DNA of 64,000 nucleotides, taken from the NCBI RefSeq assembly GCF_009914755.1, contig NC_060925.1; one strand, written 5' to 3'. The position numbers were made by a program, and so were the translations under genes. Positions within the stretch are counted from its first letter, which is position 1; each line of letters starts with the position of its first letter. Source of the DNA: the human T2T-CHM13v2.0 reference genome, Homo sapiens. The notes beneath the pieces are model-generated. The model made no database searches and was not told the origin of the DNA. It saw nothing but the letters and a program-made list of their open reading frames with translations. This document shows positions 61,971 through 64,000 of this stretch, in pieces.

Positions 61971-62996
61971 GTGAGTTTCTTCCTTAGGAGGCTCAAAGCC
62001 ACACTCTTAGTTTCCCTGTTGAAACTTTTGCTGCTGCCCGTCTGGGAGCAGGTGGAAGGAGCATGCAGAGAATGTCCGGGCGGCCGCAAACATTTCCTAG
62101 CCAAATGTAGGCTTGGACTTTCCCCCTCTGCTACATCCTGCCCTTGAACTCCAGGAAGTTGCTCTTGCATTGCCAAAGGTTGTGCTCTATTTTGAGCTTT
62201 TGCGAAATGCTTTTTTTCCCCTCTACACATTTAATCAAAATGGCACTTGGCAGCTGTGTGAACAATATTGTGTCTCTGAAACCACCTCCTCATGCCTAGC
62301 TTTTTCCAGCATGTTCAAACAAACAGAGGCCTTTGACTTTGACACTTCAAACATCTCCATCCTCTTAGGAAAGGGTGAGTTTCTTCTGGGCTCAGTGTAT
62401 TTGCTTTCAAAAAGCGGTTCAAAAGGGCGGGTGATCCAGCTTTCTGTTGAGCTCAGATGGCTTCTTACCTTGTGTCTCAGTAAGTCTTACTTTCTGCAGG
62501 AAGATCAGGAAGAAGTAGGGATAGGTCACTTAGTTTGCAAATGAGCAAACAAGTTCATCAGTTTGTTGAAGGTCATGAAACAGAACCTGGGGCTTTGCAG
62601 TACTAGGCCCATCACACATTTTAATTAGCTGTTTGTATGAGGGGGTTGGTTTAGATTTATTTTATTCTCTTTCCCTTAAAACTTCTATTATAATGTTGTT
62701 ATATAATATTATAATAATGCTAATATTAAATTTTAAAAGTAAACATTAAAAGATCTGGGTCAAGTACATAGCATGAAGGGTTGTAGTGGCTTTTAGGTTT
62801 TCACTGTAGAGAGTAGCATGCTGTAGCAGAGTCCATGTGATGTTTACCTCTCACTTAGCACTGTCCAGTGGGAAGCAGAGCTGCACACTCTGATGGCATC
62901 CTGTGGCCTTCCCCAGCCCACTCTCTTCAAGCTTCTCCATCACCTGCTGTTTAACAACCCACCCTTCATGCATCCTGTTGGCCCTTGTCGTGGCAG

Positions 62997-63218
62997 GTAA
63001 AGAAGACAATGGAGGCCACCCTGCAAACCATCCAGGACATTGTGACTGTCGAGGACTTTGATGTGTCTGACTGCTTCCAGTACAGCAACTCCATGGAGTC
63101 CGTCAAGTCCACGGTCTCTGAAACCTTCATGAGCAAGCCCAGCATTGCTAAGAGGAGAGCCAACCAGCAAGAGACAGAGCAGTTTTATTTCACAGTAAGG
63201 GAGTGCTATGGCTTTTAA
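62997..63218 (+). CDS. SRGAP2C: Terminal coding exon 9: VKKTMEAT...EQFYFT (62997-63194) plus intron-9 read-through VRECYGF-stop (63195-63218)
   Basis: Acceptor gtggcag|GTA. The ancestral donor ACA|gtaagg is at 63194/63195. TAA at 63216-63218. VRECYGF is the known C-terminus of the truncated SRGAP2 duplicates. Confidence 0.94.
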   Translation, partial: VKKTMEATLQTIQDIVTVEDFDVSDCFQYSNSMESVKSTVSETFMSKPSIAKRRANQQETEQFYFTVRECYGF

Positions 63219-64000
63219 AGAGCGTCAGCATGCACTGCAGCACTCAAGGGAGATTTGGAACTCAGAGTCCTTGTTAAGTGTCTGAAGGACAGGCATTGAA
63301 TATCTTAGATACGAATGTGGGCATACTCAGAGACCATCCCTACACTTAAAGGTGCAAACATTAAAAGTTGTATATGTCTAACAGGGATCCGCCCAAGAGA
63401 AAGGATGCTCCCAAGTATACAACTAAGAAGATTTTCTTTTTTAAGAAATTTTTAACTAGCTAGTAGGCTTTCACTGGAAAGTTTCCTTCTCAGGCACAGG
63501 GGATCCTGAAAGGGGAACTTCATCTTTTAGTTCTTGGAGAGTACATACAAATATTCATAATAACACATATTTTGTTTATAAAAATCTATAATCTCTTCTA
63601 GGTGATATGATGACATTATTTTATAACTTTTATTGTTGGGAAACTATTTTTTCTAATTATTGCTAAAACTTAAAGGATGGGTAATATGCAGCATTACTAT
63701 TTTGCACATAATTCCAAAACATCGTATTTTCTTATTCATGTATCTCTAGTCTTCTTTTAGACAGTTGGACCCTTTTTTCTTTTTCTTTTTTTTTTTTTTT
63801 TTTTAAGTATTGTTAACAATCCTTTGGAAGTCACTACTGGTCTTTGTGTGCTGCTTTTTAATAATTGAGTTATTTTGAGCTTGCCAAGTAGGATCTATTG
63901 CCTGGACTAAAATTTATTTCCTAATCTTCTGATGACCAAGAAAGGAAAAATTAAGTTTGCAGATGTGAGATGAAATATAGCCAGTGAATATGCATACTGA
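63219..64000 (+). other. SRGAP2C: 3' UTR derived from ancestral intron 9 (probably continues past the window)
   Basis: Follows the stop codon and is AU/U-rich. ATTAAA at 63360-63365; I saw no AATAAA in this segment. Confidence 0.7.

Noticed and set aside
54613-62544. Longest non-repeat ORFs (139 aa at 54613-55032; 143 aa at 62113-62544)
   Set aside because: Non-ATG starts, no recognisable domain, and lengths compatible with chance in 64 kb.

Overview
Human genomic DNA from the SRGAP2 family, + strand. The window holds six phase-0 coding exons of the F-BAR region (coding exons 4-9, about residues 142-452). The frame then reads through the intact exon-9 donor into intron 9 and ends VRECYGF-stop. 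Three Arg substitutions (R205C, R235H, R250Q) match those I recall as diagnostic of the human-specific truncated duplicate SRGAP2C, so this is most likely the 3' part of SRGAP2C. The first ~40.6 kb is intronic and dense in Alu, L1M, L2, MIR, MER5/MER20/MER81, MLT1 and one internally deleted LTR12. The headline biology (SRGAP2C as a truncated antagonist of SRGAP2A) is already described, and I found no evidence of a wholly new gene system. The best new leads are hypotheses: (1) the intron-derived tail ends in a CaaX-like / class II PDZ-ligand-like motif; (2) a candidate structured poison exon lies in intron 4; (3) an LTR12 keeps its CCAAT array but has lost its core promoter and poly(A) signal; (4) a 32-bp E-box/MEIS/NFI-type module is duplicated in intron 6; (5) all-phase-0 exons flanked by inverted Alus could give stop-free circRNAs. 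Exon boundaries were read base by base. Repeat boundaries and subfamilies were called by eye and are approximate. Residue numbers come from my recollection of the SRGAP2A protein.
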